Below, one piece after another: positions 47,109 to 58,826 of a stretch of 64,000 bases of DNA. Each line of letters opens with the position of its first letter. Position 1 is the first letter of the stretch. The stretch is taken from NCBI RefSeq assembly GCF_048403405.1, contig NZ_CP183129.1; one strand, written 5' to 3'. The notes below the pieces were generated by a model. That model was not told where the DNA came from and ran no database searches. It was given only the letters and a program-made list of their open reading frames with translations. Position numbers and translations under genes: made by a program. Source of the DNA: Escherichia coli (lineage in GTDB: Bacteria; Pseudomonadota; Gammaproteobacteria; Enterobacterales; Enterobacteriaceae).

Positions 47109-47701
47109 AACACCTTCGCGAAATAGCCCGGGATGGTGGTTTTATCTTTCACCAGAATGCTGGTAATGCCTAGCTGATTAGCTCCTTCTATATTATCGGC
47201 GTTATCGTCGAAAAAGACCGTATCGCTGGGTGAAAAACCTTCCGCCTGCAAAACATGCTGGTAAATTCGTGCTTCAGGTTTGCGCATCCCCAGATCTTGC
47301 GACAGATAGATATGGTCAGCAGCATCACGAATTTCCGGGTATTCTTCCGGCCAGAAGGTGGTATGCAGGCGGTTGGTATTGGAAAGCACCACCACGCGAT
47401 GCCCCTGCTCACGCAGTTTATGCATGATGGCGATCACTTCCGGGCGCAGCGCAACAAACACCGCCTGCCAGCCGTGAGAGAACTGCTCATAGCTTAGCGG
47501 TAGAGCCATCTCATGACACAGCGCCTCTGCGAACGCTTCGTCGCTAATTTCCCCACGCTCATGCTGATGAAACGCCTCGCCCATGTGGAAACTCTTCTTA
47601 AGCGTAGCCAGTGGAACACGCGTTAAATCGCTCCAGGCTCCCAGCACACGGTTAAAGTCGATATCGACAATCACATTACCTAAATCAAAGATATAGAGCA
47701 T
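47102..47701 (-). CDS. yihX: HAD-family alpha-D-glucose-1-phosphate phosphatase YihX
   Basis: The ORF contains [16 protein letters not shown]... (DxD HAD motif). 199 aa from the ATG at 47701. Confidence 0.9.
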
Positions 47702-47799
47702 TTTTGCCTCCTTTCGCGCCACAAGAAATTAACTGTAGCGGGAAAGGATAGGTTTGGCTATGTGGTCAGGTATGAAGCAAGGTCAACGGTCACAAAATT

Positions 47800-48585
47800 C
47801 TACGCGTCTTCCTGGGGAAGGATGATTTCAATTTGGCTGTCTTGTAAGCGTGATTTTAGCGCAGCGGGCGGCAGCTCGTCGGTAAAGAGCGCGGTAACCT
47901 GTGCCACGTTACCAATTTCAACCGCCGCCGAAGCATGATACTTAGTGTGATCGGCGACCAGCAGGATATTTCTCGCGTGCGCCATCATCGTTTTCACCAC
48001 GTTAGCTTCGTTAACATCAAACTCCATCAACGCGCCATCGCTCTCAATCGCCCCAACGCTTGTTACCAGATAATCAGCACGAAAATCAGCCACAAAGGAC
48101 GCCGCTGAAGGGCCAATGATCCCGCTATTATGAGAGCGCAACGTACCGCCGGGCACCATCACTTCAAAGCGCGGGTTGTGGTAAAGAATATGCGCCACAC
48201 GCAGGCTGTTGGTGATTATCCGCAAATGATTGTGGTTAAGTAACGCCCGGGCAACATGCTCAACGGTCGTACCAATGGTGATAAATATTGTTGAACCATC
48301 AGGAATATAATCTGCCACCGCTTCGGCAATCGCTTTTTTTTCTTCGGTTTGCGAAACCTCACGCTGCTCGAACGCCGTATTAACGACGCTGGAAGCCCGA
48401 CCCGCGCCACCGTGATGGCGCGTAATCAGTCCTTGCTCGCTTAATTTACGAATATCCCGGCGGACCGTCTGCGTGGAGACATCCAGCAGATTTGCCAGCT
48501 CATCAATATTCATATACCCACGCTCGGCGATCAGCATGAGGAGTTGGTCGTGCCGCGGGTTACCGGTTAGTTCGGTAAGGCTCAT
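47800..48585 (-). CDS. yihW: DeoR-family repressor of the sulfoquinovose operon CsqR (YihW)
   Basis: The ORF contains MSLTELTGNPRHDQLLMLIAERGYMNIDELANLLDVSTQTVRRDIRKL...; 261 aa from the ATG at 48585. Confidence 0.9.
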   Translation of the reverse strand: MSLTELTGNPRHDQLLMLIAERGYMNIDELANLLDVSTQTVRRDIRKLSEQGLITRHHGGAGRASSVVNTAFEQREVSQTEEKKAIAEAVADYIPDGSTIFITIGTTVEHVARALLNHNHLRIITNSLRVAHILYHNPRFEVMVPGGTLRSHNSGIIGPSAASFVADFRADYLVTSVGAIESDGALMEFDVNEANVVKTMMAHARNILLVADHTKYHASAAVEIGNVAQVTALFTDELPPAALKSRLQDSQIEIILPQEDA

Positions 48586-48618
48586 GAAAATTCCTCGAAA
48601 AACCATCACCCGGGCATT

Positions 48619-49515
48619 TTATACAAAAAGTGACAAAAAAGATCGGGTTTGATCACAGTCAGGGATCCCGGCTCGTCCACCGGGACGCGTGCATTTTAAC
48701 GCCGCCACACCGCTGGCGAAGCGAACTGACTCCGCTAAATTCCCACCGGTTGCCAATGCCACCGCCAGCGCACCGTGAAAAACATCGCCCGCACCGGTGG
48801 TATCTACCACATCAACTTTGAAAGCCGGTTGATGTTGACGCCCGCCATTTTCCAGCCAGTCGCAGCCGGCACTCCCCTGGGTCACATAGACATGACCATT
48901 TGTGAGCGTTTGTGCCTGTTTTAGCGCACTGGCCATCTCTTTCACGCCCGTTAAGCGCGCCAGACCCGGTTCTGAAAAGGCCGCGTGATCGCTTAATGCC
49001 ACCAGCTCGCTGATATCCTGCGGCGTAATGTCCCCGTCCAGAACGGTCATCACGCCCGCCTGCCGGGCCAGGGTAAAGGCTTTTTTAGCGCCGTCGTGCC
49101 AGCGCACATCTGCCAGCACAACGTCCCACTGAGAGAAATCAATTTTCTCCAACCACTCTGCGTCAGGCAGCAGATCCGGGCTGGGGTAGTTAATGATTAT
49201 CCGCTCGCCTTTGGCATCCACCATGATGGCGGATTGCGAAGATTTCGCCTGGTTATACCGTTTGGTGTAACGGGTGTTAACGCCCCAGGATTCCAGCTCT
49301 GCCAGCAGGCTGTTGCCCGTGTCGTCATCACCGACGCGACCAATAAAATCGACCTGCGCCCCCAGCCTTGCCGCCGCAACCGCTGCCGTCGCCGCTGGCC
49401 CGCCACCAACTTCCGTATAATTTCTCGCCACGTATTTACCGCTCTCCGTCGGTAATCCTTCCACGTAATAAATACGATCCATCACGGTAATACCTACACA
49501 AGCAACACGAATCAT
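48619..49515 (-). CDS. yihV: 6-deoxy-6-sulfofructose kinase (PfkB family) YihV
   Basis: MIRVACVGITVMDRIYYVEGLPTESGKYV...DTTGAGDVFHGA, the ribokinase-family signature. Confidence 0.9.
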   Translation of the reverse strand: MIRVACVGITVMDRIYYVEGLPTESGKYVARNYTEVGGGPAATAAVAAARLGAQVDFIGRVGDDDTGNSLLAELESWGVNTRYTKRYNQAKSSQSAIMVDAKGERIIINYPSPDLLPDAEWLEKIDFSQWDVVLADVRWHDGAKKAFTLARQAGVMTVLDGDITPQDISELVALSDHAAFSEPGLARLTGVKEMASALKQAQTLTNGHVYVTQGSAGCDWLENGGRQHQPAFKVDVVDTTGAGDVFHGALAVALATGGNLAESVRFASGVAALKCTRPGGRAGIPDCDQTRSFLSLFV

Positions 49516-49682
49516 GGTCATTCCTTAAGCATTTTGGGATGCGTTCATTTTAATTTCACCAATTGTTTAAAAAGTGACGGCTGTCAATTTTTTGACGATA
49601 AATTACAAATACGATCAAAAACAGACAAGCAAAGCATGTCATAAATGACAAAAAGTGACATCACTGTATTCAGGAGAGGGTT

Positions 49683-50579
49683 ATGGCAGCAATCGCGTTT
49701 ATCGGTTTAGGACAAATGGGTTCGCCAATGGCGAGCAATTTATTGCAGCAAGGGCATCAACTTCGCGTCTTTGATGTGAACGCCGAAGCTGTGCGGCATC
49801 TGGTAGACAAAGGTGCGACTCCCGCCGCCAACCCGGCGCAGGCCGCTAAAGATGCCGAATTTATCATTACCATGTTGCCGAATGGCGATCTGGTGCGCAG
49901 CGTGTTGTTCGGTGAAAACGGCGTTTGCGAAAGCTTATCTACCGATGCGCTGGTCATCGATATGTCGACCATCCACCCGCTGCAAACCGATAAATTGATT
50001 GCCGATATGCAAGCCAAAGGCTTCAGCATGATGGATGTTCCGGTAGGCCGTACTTCTGCAAATGCCATTACCGGTACTCTGTTACTGCTGGCTGGCGGCA
50101 CCGCTGAACAAGTTGAACGCGCCACACCGATCCTGATGGCGATGGGCAGTGAGTTGATCAACGCGGGCGGTCCGGGCATGGGGATCCGCGTTAAGCTCAT
50201 CAACAACTACATGAGCATCGCGCTCAATGCGCTTTCGGCAGAAGCCGCTGTTTTGTGCGAAGCCCTGAATCTTCCCTTCGATGTTGCCGTCAAGGTGATG
50301 AGCGGCACCGCCGCCGGTAAAGGCCACTTCACCACTTCCTGGCCAAACAAAGTCCTCAGCGGGGATCTTTCTCCCGCCTTCATGATCGATCTTGCCCATA
50401 AGGATCTTGGTATCGCCCTTGATGTCGCCAACCAGCTGCATGTGCCAATGCCGCTGGGGGCCGCCTCACGGGAGGTTTATAGCCAGGCGCGCGCAGCGGG
50501 TCGTGGTCGCCAGGACTGGTCCGCCATTCTGGAACAAGTCCGTGTCAGTGCCGGGATGACTGCCAAAGTAAAAATGTAA
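49683..50579 (+). CDS. yihU: 3-sulfolactaldehyde reductase (HIBADH family) YihU
   Basis: 298-aa [34 protein letters not shown]..., NAD-binding GxGxxG. Confidence 0.9.
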   Translation: MAAIAFIGLGQMGSPMASNLLQQGHQLRVFDVNAEAVRHLVDKGATPAANPAQAAKDAEFIITMLPNGDLVRSVLFGENGVCESLSTDALVIDMSTIHPLQTDKLIADMQAKGFSMMDVPVGRTSANAITGTLLLLAGGTAEQVERATPILMAMGSELINAGGPGMGIRVKLINNYMSIALNALSAEAAVLCEALNLPFDVAVKVMSGTAAGKGHFTTSWPNKVLSGDLSPAFMIDLAHKDLGIALDVANQLHVPMPLGAASREVYSQARAAGRGRQDWSAILEQVRVSAGMTAKVKM

Positions 50580-50602
50580 CGACTGGATAAAGGAATAAAT
50601 GA

Positions 50603-51481
50603 ATGAATAAGTACACCATCAACGACATTACACGCGCATCGGGCGGTTTTGCCATGCTGGCGGTCGATCAACGCGAAGCCATGCGCATGATGTTTGCCGC
50701 GGCTGGGGCACCCGCTCCAGTAGCCGATAGCGTTTTAACTGATTTCAAAGTTAACGCTGCAAAGGCCCTCTCGCCTTATGCCTCGGCGATTCTGGTGGAT
50801 CAGCAATTCTGTTACCGCCAGGTGGTTGAGCAAAACGCGATTGCCAAAAGTTGCGCCATGATTGTCGCCGCCGATGAGTTCATTCCTGGCAACGGTATTC
50901 CGGTAGATAGCGTGGTCATTGACCGCAAAATCAATCCGCTACAAATCAAACAAGACGGTGGCAAAGCCTTAAAACTGCTGGTGCTGTGGCGTAGTGATGA
51001 AGATGCGCAGCAACGTCTGGATATGGTGAAAGAGTTTAACGAACTGTGCCACTCACACGGCCTGGTAAGCATTATTGAGCCAGTCGTCCGCCCACCACGT
51101 CGTGGCGATAAATTCGATCGCGAACAAGCGATCATCGATGCTGCCAAAGAGCTGGGCGACAGTGGCGCTGACCTCTACAAAGTTGAAATGCCGCTTTACG
51201 GTAAAGGTCCGCAACAAGAGCTTCTCAGTGCTTCACAACGTCTGAATGACCATATCAATATGCCGTGGGTGATCCTCTCATCCGGTGTCGACGAAAAACT
51301 GTTCCCGCGTGCCGTACGCGTGGCAATGACAGCGGGTGCATCGGGCTTCCTGGCTGGTCGTGCCGTCTGGGCATCGGTTGTCGGTTTACCAGACAACGAG
51401 CTGATGCTGCGTGACGTTTGCGCACCGAAATTACAACAACTTGGCGATATCGTCGACGAAATGATGGCTAAACGCCGTTAA
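50603..51481 (+). CDS. yihT: 6-deoxy-6-sulfofructose-1-phosphate aldolase YihT
   Basis: 292-aa [34 protein letters not shown]..., class I aldolase (LacD-like). Confidence 0.9.
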   Translation: MNKYTINDITRASGGFAMLAVDQREAMRMMFAAAGAPAPVADSVLTDFKVNAAKALSPYASAILVDQQFCYRQVVEQNAIAKSCAMIVAADEFIPGNGIPVDSVVIDRKINPLQIKQDGGKALKLLVLWRSDEDAQQRLDMVKEFNELCHSHGLVSIIEPVVRPPRRGDKFDREQAIIDAAKELGDSGADLYKVEMPLYGKGPQQELLSASQRLNDHINMPWVILSSGVDEKLFPRAVRVAMTAGASGFLAGRAVWASVVGLPDNELMLRDVCAPKLQQLGDIVDEMMAKRR

Positions 51482-51496
51482 GATGGGGATACAAAA

Positions 51497-52738
51497 ATGA
51501 AATGGTTTAACACCTTAAGTCACAACCGTTGGCTGGAACAGGAAACCGATCGCATCTTTGATTTTGGTAAAAATTCCGTAGTACCGACCGGATTTGGCTG
51601 GTTAGGCAATAAAGGGCAAATCAAAGAAGAGATGGGCACCCATCTGTGGATCACAGCCCGTATGCTGCACGTTTATTCTGTTGCTGCGGCGATGGGTCGA
51701 CCTGGCGCTTACTCGTTGGTTGATCACGGTATCAAAGCGATGAACGGCGCGCTGCGCGATAAAAAATATGGCGGTTGGTATGCCTGCGTGAATGACGAGG
51801 GCGTAGTGGATGCCTCCAAACAGGGCTATCAACACTTCTTTGCTCTGCTGGGTGCTGCCAGCGCCGTCACTACCGGTCATCCGGAAGCGCGCAAGCTGCT
51901 CGATTACACCATTGAAATTATCGAGAAATACTTCTGGAGCGAAGAAGAGCAGATGTGCCTGGAGTCCTGGGACGAAGCCTTCAGCAAAACCGAAGAGTAC
52001 CGCGGCGGCAATGCCAATATGCACGCAGTGGAAGCTTTCTTAATTGTTTATGACGTCACGCATGACAAAAAATGGCTGGATCGCGCCATTCGCGTGGCTT
52101 CCGTGATTATCCACGATGTCGCCAGAAATAATCATTATCGCGTTAACGAGCACTTCGATACCCAGTGGAATCCGCTGCCGGATTACAACAAAGATAACCC
52201 GGCGCACCGCTTCCGCGCGTTCGGAGGTACTCCGGGCCACTGGATCGAATGGGGCCGTTTAATGCTGCACATCCACGCTGCCCTGGAAGCCCGCTGCGAA
52301 CAGCCGCCTGCCTGGCTGCTAGAAGATGCCAAAGGTCTGTTTAACGCCACCGTGCGCGATGCCTGGGCACCCGATGGCGCGGACGGGATTGTTTATACCG
52401 TTGACTGGGAAGGAAAACCGGTGGTCCGCGAACGTGTACGTTGGCCTATCGTCGAAGCGATGGGTACGGCTTACGCGCTCTACACCGTCACCGGCGATCG
52501 CCAGTACGAAACCTGGTATCAGACATGGTGGGACTACTGCATTAAGTACCTGATGGACTATGAAAATGGTTCATGGTGGCAGGAGCTGGACGCGGATAAT
52601 AAAGTCACCACCAAAGTCTGGGACGGTAAACAGGATATTTATCACCTGCTGCATTGCCTGGTGATCCCGCGTATCCCGTTAGCCCCTGGTCTGGCTCCGG
52701 CTGTTGCCGCAGGCCTGCTGGACGTTAACGCGAAATAA
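51497..52738 (+). CDS. yihS: sulfoquinovose isomerase (AGE/N-acyl-glucosamine epimerase fold) YihS
   Basis: 413-aa [30 protein letters not shown]... Confidence 0.9.
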   Translation: MKWFNTLSHNRWLEQETDRIFDFGKNSVVPTGFGWLGNKGQIKEEMGTHLWITARMLHVYSVAAAMGRPGAYSLVDHGIKAMNGALRDKKYGGWYACVNDEGVVDASKQGYQHFFALLGAASAVTTGHPEARKLLDYTIEIIEKYFWSEEEQMCLESWDEAFSKTEEYRGGNANMHAVEAFLIVYDVTHDKKWLDRAIRVASVIIHDVARNNHYRVNEHFDTQWNPLPDYNKDNPAHRFRAFGGTPGHWIEWGRLMLHIHAALEARCEQPPAWLLEDAKGLFNATVRDAWAPDGADGIVYTVDWEGKPVVRERVRWPIVEAMGTAYALYTVTGDRQYETWYQTWWDYCIKYLMDYENGSWWQELDADNKVTTKVWDGKQDIYHLLHCLVIPRIPLAPGLAPAVAAGLLDVNAK

Positions 52739-52796
52739 CTGAGCTGAAATAACGGCATATCAGGCTACATGCCGGGTATGTCGTTATTCAATATAG

Positions 52797-53708
52797 GTGC
52801 CTCGTATGCAAATCACCAACATGCATTGCAGTGGACAAACCGTTTCACTTGCCGCGGGGGATTATCACGCGACTATCGTGACGGTTGGTGCTGGTCTGGC
52901 TGAATTAACTTTTCAGGGTTGTCATTTAGTCATCCCACACAAACCCGAAGAGATGCCGCTGGCGCATCTGGGTAAAGTGCTTATTCCGTGGCCGAACCGG
53001 ATCGCCAACGGCTGTTATCGCTATCAGGGGCAGGACTATCAGTTACCCATTAATGAACATAGTTCAAAAGCCGCTATTCACGGGCTGCTTGCCTGGCGTG
53101 ACTGGCAAATTAGCGAATTAACCGCCACCAGCGTTACCCTGACAGCTTTTCTGCCGCCCAGTTACGGCTATCCGTTTATGCTGGCTTCACAAGTTGTTTA
53201 TTCGCTCAATGCACGCACGGGTCTTTCCGTTGAGATCGCAAGCCAGAATATTGGTACTGTGACCGCACCTTATGGTGTGGGTATTCATCCTTATTTAACC
53301 TGCAACTTAACATCTGTTGATGACTATCTTTTCCAGCTTCCGGCAGAACAGGTTTATGCCGTCGATGAGCACGCAAATCCGACAACGCTTCACCACGTTG
53401 ATGAGTTGGATTTAAATTTCACGCAGGCGAAAAAAATAGCCGCGACAAAAATCGACCACACCTTTAAAACCGCTAATGATCTGTGGGAAATGACCATTAC
53501 CCATCCACAGCATTTGCTTTCGGTGAGCCTCTGTTCCGATCAACCCTGGGTGCAGGTTTATAGCGGTGAAAAATTACAGCGTCAGGGACTGGCAGTTGAA
53601 CCTATGAGTTGCCCGCCTGATGCGTTTAATTCCGGCACCGATTTAATATTACTGCAACCCGGAAAAACACACCGCCTGTTTTTTAATATTTACGGACAGA
53701 GAAAATAA
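52797..53708 (+). CDS. yihR: aldose-1-epimerase-like sulfoquinovose mutarotase YihR
   Basis: 303-aa ORF, galactose-mutarotase-like. The start codon is uncertain. Confidence 0.8.
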   Translation: MPRMQITNMHCSGQTVSLAAGDYHATIVTVGAGLAELTFQGCHLVIPHKPEEMPLAHLGKVLIPWPNRIANGCYRYQGQDYQLPINEHSSKAAIHGLLAWRDWQISELTATSVTLTAFLPPSYGYPFMLASQVVYSLNARTGLSVEIASQNIGTVTAPYGVGIHPYLTCNLTSVDDYLFQLPAEQVYAVDEHANPTTLHHVDELDLNFTQAKKIAATKIDHTFKTANDLWEMTITHPQHLLSVSLCSDQPWVQVYSGEKLQRQGLAVEPMSCPPDAFNSGTDLILLQPGKTHRLFFNIYGQRK

Positions 53709-53912
53709 CTTGTATTGATTAGCAGTCAAAATCATTGAAGAACATTTCACTCGCTAAAGGCAACGTTATGTATCATCAATTTATTAAGTTAAAAACAGCT
53801 CAGCTTCTTTAAAGTTTATATATATCAGTTTTATGAGAATCATTTTACATAAGCCTGTAATAACAATAACAGGAAGGAAACAACCTCGTTCTCAACTCTA
53901 TGGAGATTATTT

Positions 53913-55949
53913 ATGGATACGCCACGCCCACAGTTATTAGATTTTCAATTTCATCAGAATAACGACAGTCTTACCCTACGTTTTCAGGGCCGTCTTATTT
54001 TAACCCATAGTAAAGATAATCCTTGTTTATGGATTGGTTCAGGTATTGCGGATATCGATATGTTCCGCGGCAATTTCAGCATTAAAGATAAATTGCAGGA
54101 GAAGATTGCGCTCACCGACGCTACCGTCAGCCAGTCACCGGATGGCTGGTTAATCCATTTCAGCCGTGGTTCTGACATTAGCGCCACGCTGCGTATCTCT
54201 GCCGACGAACAGGGCCGTTTATTGCTGGAACTACAAAACGACAACCTTAACCACAACCGTATCTGGCTGCGCCTTGCCGCTCAACCAGAGGACCATATCT
54301 ACGGCTGCGGTGAACAATTCTCCTACTTTGATCTGCGCGGCAAACCGTTCCCGCTATGGACCAGTGAACAAGGCGTTGGTCGCAACAAGCAAACCTATGT
54401 CACCTGGCAGGCCGACTGCAAAGAGAACGCGGGCGGCGACTATTACTGGACTTTCTTCCCACAGCCTACGTTTGTCAGCACGCAGAAGTATTACTGCCAT
54501 GTTGATAACAGTTGCTACATGAACTTCGACTTTAGCGCCCCGGAATACCATGAACTGGCGCTGTGGGAAGACAAAGCAACGCTGCGTTTTGAATGTGCTG
54601 ATACATACATCTCCCTGCTGGAAAAATTAACTGCCCTGCTGGGACGCCAGCCAGAACTGCCCGACTGGATTTATGACGGGGTAACGCTCGGCATTCAGGG
54701 CGGGACGGAAGTGTGTCAGAAGAAACTGGACACCATGCGTAACGCGGGTGTGAAGGTTAACGGCATCTGGGCGCAGGACTGGTCCGGGATCCGTATGACC
54801 TCTTTTGGCAAACGCGTAATGTGGAACTGGAAGTGGAACAGCGAAAACTATCCGCAACTGGACTCACGTATTAAGCAGTGGAACAAAGAGGGCGTGCAGT
54901 TCCTGGCCTATATCAACCCGTATGTAGCCAGCGATAAAGATCTCTGCGAAGAGGCGGCAAAGCGCGGTTATCTGGCAAAAGATGCCTCTGGCGGCGACTA
55001 TCTGGTGGAGTTTGGCGAGTTCTATGGCGGCGTTGTCGATCTCACCAATCCAGAAGCCTACGCCTGGTTCAAGGAAGTGATCAAAAAGAACATGATTGAA
55101 CTTGGCTGCGGCGGCTGGATGGCTGACTTCGGCGAGTATCTGCCCACCGACACGTACCTGCATAACGGCGTCAGCGCGGAGATTATGCATAACGCCTGGC
55201 CTGCGCTGTGGGCGAAATGTAACTACGAAGCCCTTGAAGAAACGGGCAAGCTCGGCGAGATCCTTTTCTTTATGCGCGCCGGTTCTACCGGTAGCCAGAA
55301 ATACTCCACCATGATGTGGGCGGGTGACCAGAACGTCGACTGGAGTCTGGACGATGGCCTGGCGTCGGTTGTCCCGGCGGCGCTGTCGCTGGCAATGACC
55401 GGACATGGCCTGCATCACAGCGACATTGGCGGTTACACAACCCTGTTTGAGATGAAGCGCAGCAAAGAGCTGCTACTGCGCTGGTGTGATTTCAGCGCCT
55501 TCACGCCGATGATGCGCACCCACGAAGGCAACCGTCCGGGCGACAACTGGCAGTTTGACGGCGACGCGGAAACTATCGCCCATTTTGCCCGTATGACCAC
55601 CGTCTTCACCACCCTGAAACCTTACCTGAAAGAGGCCGTCGCGCTGAATGCGAAGTCCGGTCTGCCGGTCATGCGCCCGCTGTTCCTGCATTACGAAGAC
55701 GATGCGCACACTTACACCCTGAAATATCAGTACCTGTTAGGTCGCGACATTCTGGTCGCTCCGGTGCATGAAGAAGGCCGTAGCGACTGGACGCTCTATC
55801 TGCCGGAGGATAACTGGGTCCATGCCTGGACGGGTGAAGCATTCCGGGGCGGGGAAGTGACCGTTAATGCGCCCATCGGCAAGCCGCCGGTCTTTTATCG
55901 CGCCGATAGCGAATGGGCGGCACTGTTCGCGTCGTTAAAAAGCATCTAA
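53913..55949 (+). CDS. yihQ: sulfoquinovosidase (GH31) YihQ
   Basis: 678-aa ORF MDTPRPQLLDFQFHQNNDSLTLRF..., GH31 signature region ...GWMADFGEY... Confidence 0.9.
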   Translation: MDTPRPQLLDFQFHQNNDSLTLRFQGRLILTHSKDNPCLWIGSGIADIDMFRGNFSIKDKLQEKIALTDATVSQSPDGWLIHFSRGSDISATLRISADEQGRLLLELQNDNLNHNRIWLRLAAQPEDHIYGCGEQFSYFDLRGKPFPLWTSEQGVGRNKQTYVTWQADCKENAGGDYYWTFFPQPTFVSTQKYYCHVDNSCYMNFDFSAPEYHELALWEDKATLRFECADTYISLLEKLTALLGRQPELPDWIYDGVTLGIQGGTEVCQKKLDTMRNAGVKVNGIWAQDWSGIRMTSFGKRVMWNWKWNSENYPQLDSRIKQWNKEGVQFLAYINPYVASDKDLCEEAAKRGYLAKDASGGDYLVEFGEFYGGVVDLTNPEAYAWFKEVIKKNMIELGCGGWMADFGEYLPTDTYLHNGVSAEIMHNAWPALWAKCNYEALEETGKLGEILFFMRAGSTGSQKYSTMMWAGDQNVDWSLDDGLASVVPAALSLAMTGHGLHHSDIGGYTTLFEMKRSKELLLRWCDFSAFTPMMRTHEGNRPGDNWQFDGDAETIAHFARMTTVFTTLKPYLKEAVALNAKSGLPVMRPLFLHYEDDAHTYTLKYQYLLGRDILVAPVHEEGRSDWTLYLPEDNWVHAWTGEAFRGGEVTVNAPIGKPPVFYRADSEWAALFASLKSI

Positions 55950-55994
55950 TCACATCCGCCCGTGGGGAAACTCATGGGCAAAGGGAGAACATCG

Positions 55995-57380
55995 ATGAGT
56001 CACATCACAACGGAAGATCCAGCAACTTTACGCCTGCCCTTTAAAGAGAAACTCTCTTACGGTATCGGCGATCTGGCCTCTAACATCCTGCTGGATATTG
56101 GTACGCTTTATCTTTTGAAGTTTTATACCGACGTTCTGGGGCTGCCCGGCACCTATGGCGGCATTATCTTTTTGATCTCGAAATTCTTTACCGCCTTTAC
56201 CGATATGGGAACCGGCATCATGTTGGATTCCCGACGCAAGATCGGTCCAAAAGGTAAATTCCGTCCTTTTATTCTGTATGCGTCATTCCCGGTTACCTTA
56301 CTGGCGATCGCCAACTTTATCGGTACGCCGTTCGATGTCACCGGTAAAACGGTGATGGCAACTATCCTGTTTATGCTTTATGGACTGTTTTTCAGCATGA
56401 TGAACTGTTCCTACGGCGCAATGGTGCCTGCCATCACCAAAAACCCCAACGAGCGCGCCTCACTGGCGGCATGGCGTCAGGGCGGCGCTACGCTGGGCCT
56501 GCTGCTGTGTACGGTGGGATTCGTACCAGTGATGAATCTTATCGAGGGGAATCAGAAACTTGGCTATATCTTCGCCGCCACGCTGTTTTCACTGTTCGGC
56601 CTGCTGTTTATGTGGATCTGCTACTCGGGCGTGAAAGAGCGTTATGTCGAAACCCAACCTGCTAATCCGGCGCAAAAGCCTGGCCTGTTGCAATCTTTCC
56701 GCGCAATTGCCGGTAACCGCCCGCTGTTCATTCTGTGTATTGCTAACCTCTGCACCTTAGGGGCGTTTAACGTCAAGCTCGCCATTCAGGTTTATTACAC
56801 CCAGTACGTGCTTAACGATCCCATCCTGTTGTCATATATGGGATTTTTCAGCATGGGCTGTATTTTCATCGGCGTGTTCCTGATGCCCGGCGCAGTCAGA
56901 CGTTTTGGTAAGAAGAAGGTCTATATCGGCGGCCTGCTGATTTGGGTGCTTGGCGATCTGCTCAACTATTTCTTTGGCGGCGGTTCGGTCAGCTTCGTGG
57001 CGTTCTCCTGCCTGGCATTCTTCGGCTCAGCGTTTGTTAACAGCCTGAACTGGGCGCTGGTTTCCGACACCGTGGAATATGGCGAATGGCGCACCGGCGT
57101 GCGTTCGGAAGGGACGGTCTACACCGGTTTCACCTTCTTTCGCAAAGTTTCTCAGGCGCTGGCTGGTTTCTTCCCCGGCTGGATGCTGACGCAAATCGGC
57201 TATGTGCCGAACGTCGCACAGGCTGACCACACTATTGAAGGGTTGCGCCAGCTGATCTTCATCTACCCAAGCGCACTGGCAGTAGTCACCATTGTGGCGA
57301 TGGGTTGCTTCTACAGTCTGAACGAGAAGATGTACGTCCGCATTGTTGAAGAGATAGAAGCCCGTAAACGCACGGCGTAA
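55995..57380 (+). CDS. yihP: GPH-family sulfoquinovose/glycoside symporter YihP
   Basis: MSHITTEDPATLRLPFKEKLSYGIGDLASNILLD..., with an SD (agggag) 6 nt upstream of ATG 55995. The ORF finder starts at 55962. Confidence 0.85.
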   Translation: MSHITTEDPATLRLPFKEKLSYGIGDLASNILLDIGTLYLLKFYTDVLGLPGTYGGIIFLISKFFTAFTDMGTGIMLDSRRKIGPKGKFRPFILYASFPVTLLAIANFIGTPFDVTGKTVMATILFMLYGLFFSMMNCSYGAMVPAITKNPNERASLAAWRQGGATLGLLLCTVGFVPVMNLIEGNQKLGYIFAATLFSLFGLLFMWICYSGVKERYVETQPANPAQKPGLLQSFRAIAGNRPLFILCIANLCTLGAFNVKLAIQVYYTQYVLNDPILLSYMGFFSMGCIFIGVFLMPGAVRRFGKKKVYIGGLLIWVLGDLLNYFFGGGSVSFVAFSCLAFFGSAFVNSLNWALVSDTVEYGEWRTGVRSEGTVYTGFTFFRKVSQALAGFFPGWMLTQIGYVPNVAQADHTIEGLRQLIFIYPSALAVVTIVAMGCFYSLNEKMYVRIVEEIEARKRTA

Positions 57381-57422
57381 TTATAATAAACAACGCCCTG
57401 CGGGGCGTTATAAGGAGTGATT

Positions 57423-58826
57423 ATGTCTGACCATAATCCACTGACATTAAGACTGAATCTGCGGGAAAAAATCGCCTATGGTATGGGCGACGTCGGTTCG
57501 AATTTAATGCTCTGCATCGGTACTCTGTATCTCCTCAAATTTTATACCGATGAATTAGGGATGCCTGCTTACTATGGCGGGATTATCTTTCTGGTGGCGA
57601 AGTTTTTTACCGCGTTTACCGATATGCTCACCGGATTTTTACTCGATTCGCGGAAAAATATTGGGCCTAAAGGAAAGTTCAGGCCGTTTATTTTATACGC
57701 AGCGGTTCCGGCGGCGTTAATTGCAACGCTCCAGTTTATCGCCACCACTTTTAGTTTGCCGGTTAAAACGACGATTGCCACCGCACTGTTTATGATGTTT
57801 GGGCTTTCATACAGTCTGATGAACTGCTCGTATGGCGCGATGATCCCGGCCATTACCAAAAACCCGAATGAGCGCGCGCAGCTCGCGGCTTACCGCCAGG
57901 GTGGTGCAACCATAGGGCTATTGATTTGTACCGTGGCGTTTATTCCGTTGCAGTCGCTTTTTTCTGACTCCACCGTCGGTTATGCCTGCGCGGCACTGAT
58001 GTTCTCCATTGGTGGCTTTATTTTTATGATGCTGTGCTACAGAGGCGTCAAAGAGCATTATGTGGACACAGCGCCAACCGGACATAAAGCCAATATTCTC
58101 AAATCTTTTTGCGCAATATTTCGAAATCCGCCATTGCTGGTTTTATGCATTGCTAACCTGTGTACTCTGGCGGCATTTAATATCAAACTGGCGATTCAGG
58201 TCTATTACACCCAGTATGTGCTGAATGATATTAATTTATTATCGTGGATGGGATTTTTCAGTATGGGATGTATCCTCGTCGGCGTATTACTGGTGCCATT
58301 AACTGTAAAATGTTTTGGTAAAAAACAGGTTTATTTAGCTGGCATGGTGCTATGGGCGGTTGGTGATATCCTGAATTATTTCTGGGGAAGTAACTCTTTC
58401 ACTTTCGTCATGTTCTCTTGTGTCGCCTTTTTTGGCACGGCCTTTGTGAACAGCCTGAACTGGGCACTGGTGCCAGATACCGTAGATTACGGTGAATGGA
58501 AAACCGGTATTCGTGCCGAAGGTTCTGTTTATACCGGTTATACCTTCTTTCGTAAAATTTCTGCCGCACTTGCTGGCTTCTTGCCAGGCATTATGCTGAC
58601 GCAAATCGGTTATGTTCCCAACATCGCGCAAAGTGATGCGACATTACAGGGTTTGCGTCAGCTCATTTTTATCTGGCCTTGTGCACTGGCAATTATTGCT
58701 GCATTGACGATGGGATTCTTTTACACACTCAATGAAAAACGGTTTGCATTGATTATTGAGGAAATCAACCAACGCAAAAATAAAGAGATGGCGACAGAAG
58801 AAAAAACGGCTTCCGTAACGTTATAA
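57423..58826 (+). CDS. yihO: GPH-family sulfoquinovose importer YihO, a tandem paralogue of YihP
   Basis: MSDHNPLTLRLNLREKIAYGMGDVGSNLMLCIGTLYLLKFYTDELG..., about 50% identical to the neighbouring YihP along its length. Confidence 0.9.
   Translation: MSDHNPLTLRLNLREKIAYGMGDVGSNLMLCIGTLYLLKFYTDELGMPAYYGGIIFLVAKFFTAFTDMLTGFLLDSRKNIGPKGKFRPFILYAAVPAALIATLQFIATTFSLPVKTTIATALFMMFGLSYSLMNCSYGAMIPAITKNPNERAQLAAYRQGGATIGLLICTVAFIPLQSLFSDSTVGYACAALMFSIGGFIFMMLCYRGVKEHYVDTAPTGHKANILKSFCAIFRNPPLLVLCIANLCTLAAFNIKLAIQVYYTQYVLNDINLLSWMGFFSMGCILVGVLLVPLTVKCFGKKQVYLAGMVLWAVGDILNYFWGSNSFTFVMFSCVAFFGTAFVNSLNWALVPDTVDYGEWKTGIRAEGSVYTGYTFFRKISAALAGFLPGIMLTQIGYVPNIAQSDATLQGLRQLIFIWPCALAIIAALTMGFFYTLNEKRFALIIEEINQRKNKEMATEEKTASVTL

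Noticed and set aside
47800-58826. The yih cluster as a candidate undescribed system
   Set aside because: It is the known sulfoquinovose sulfoglycolysis operon (CsqR-regulated) and is reported only as context.
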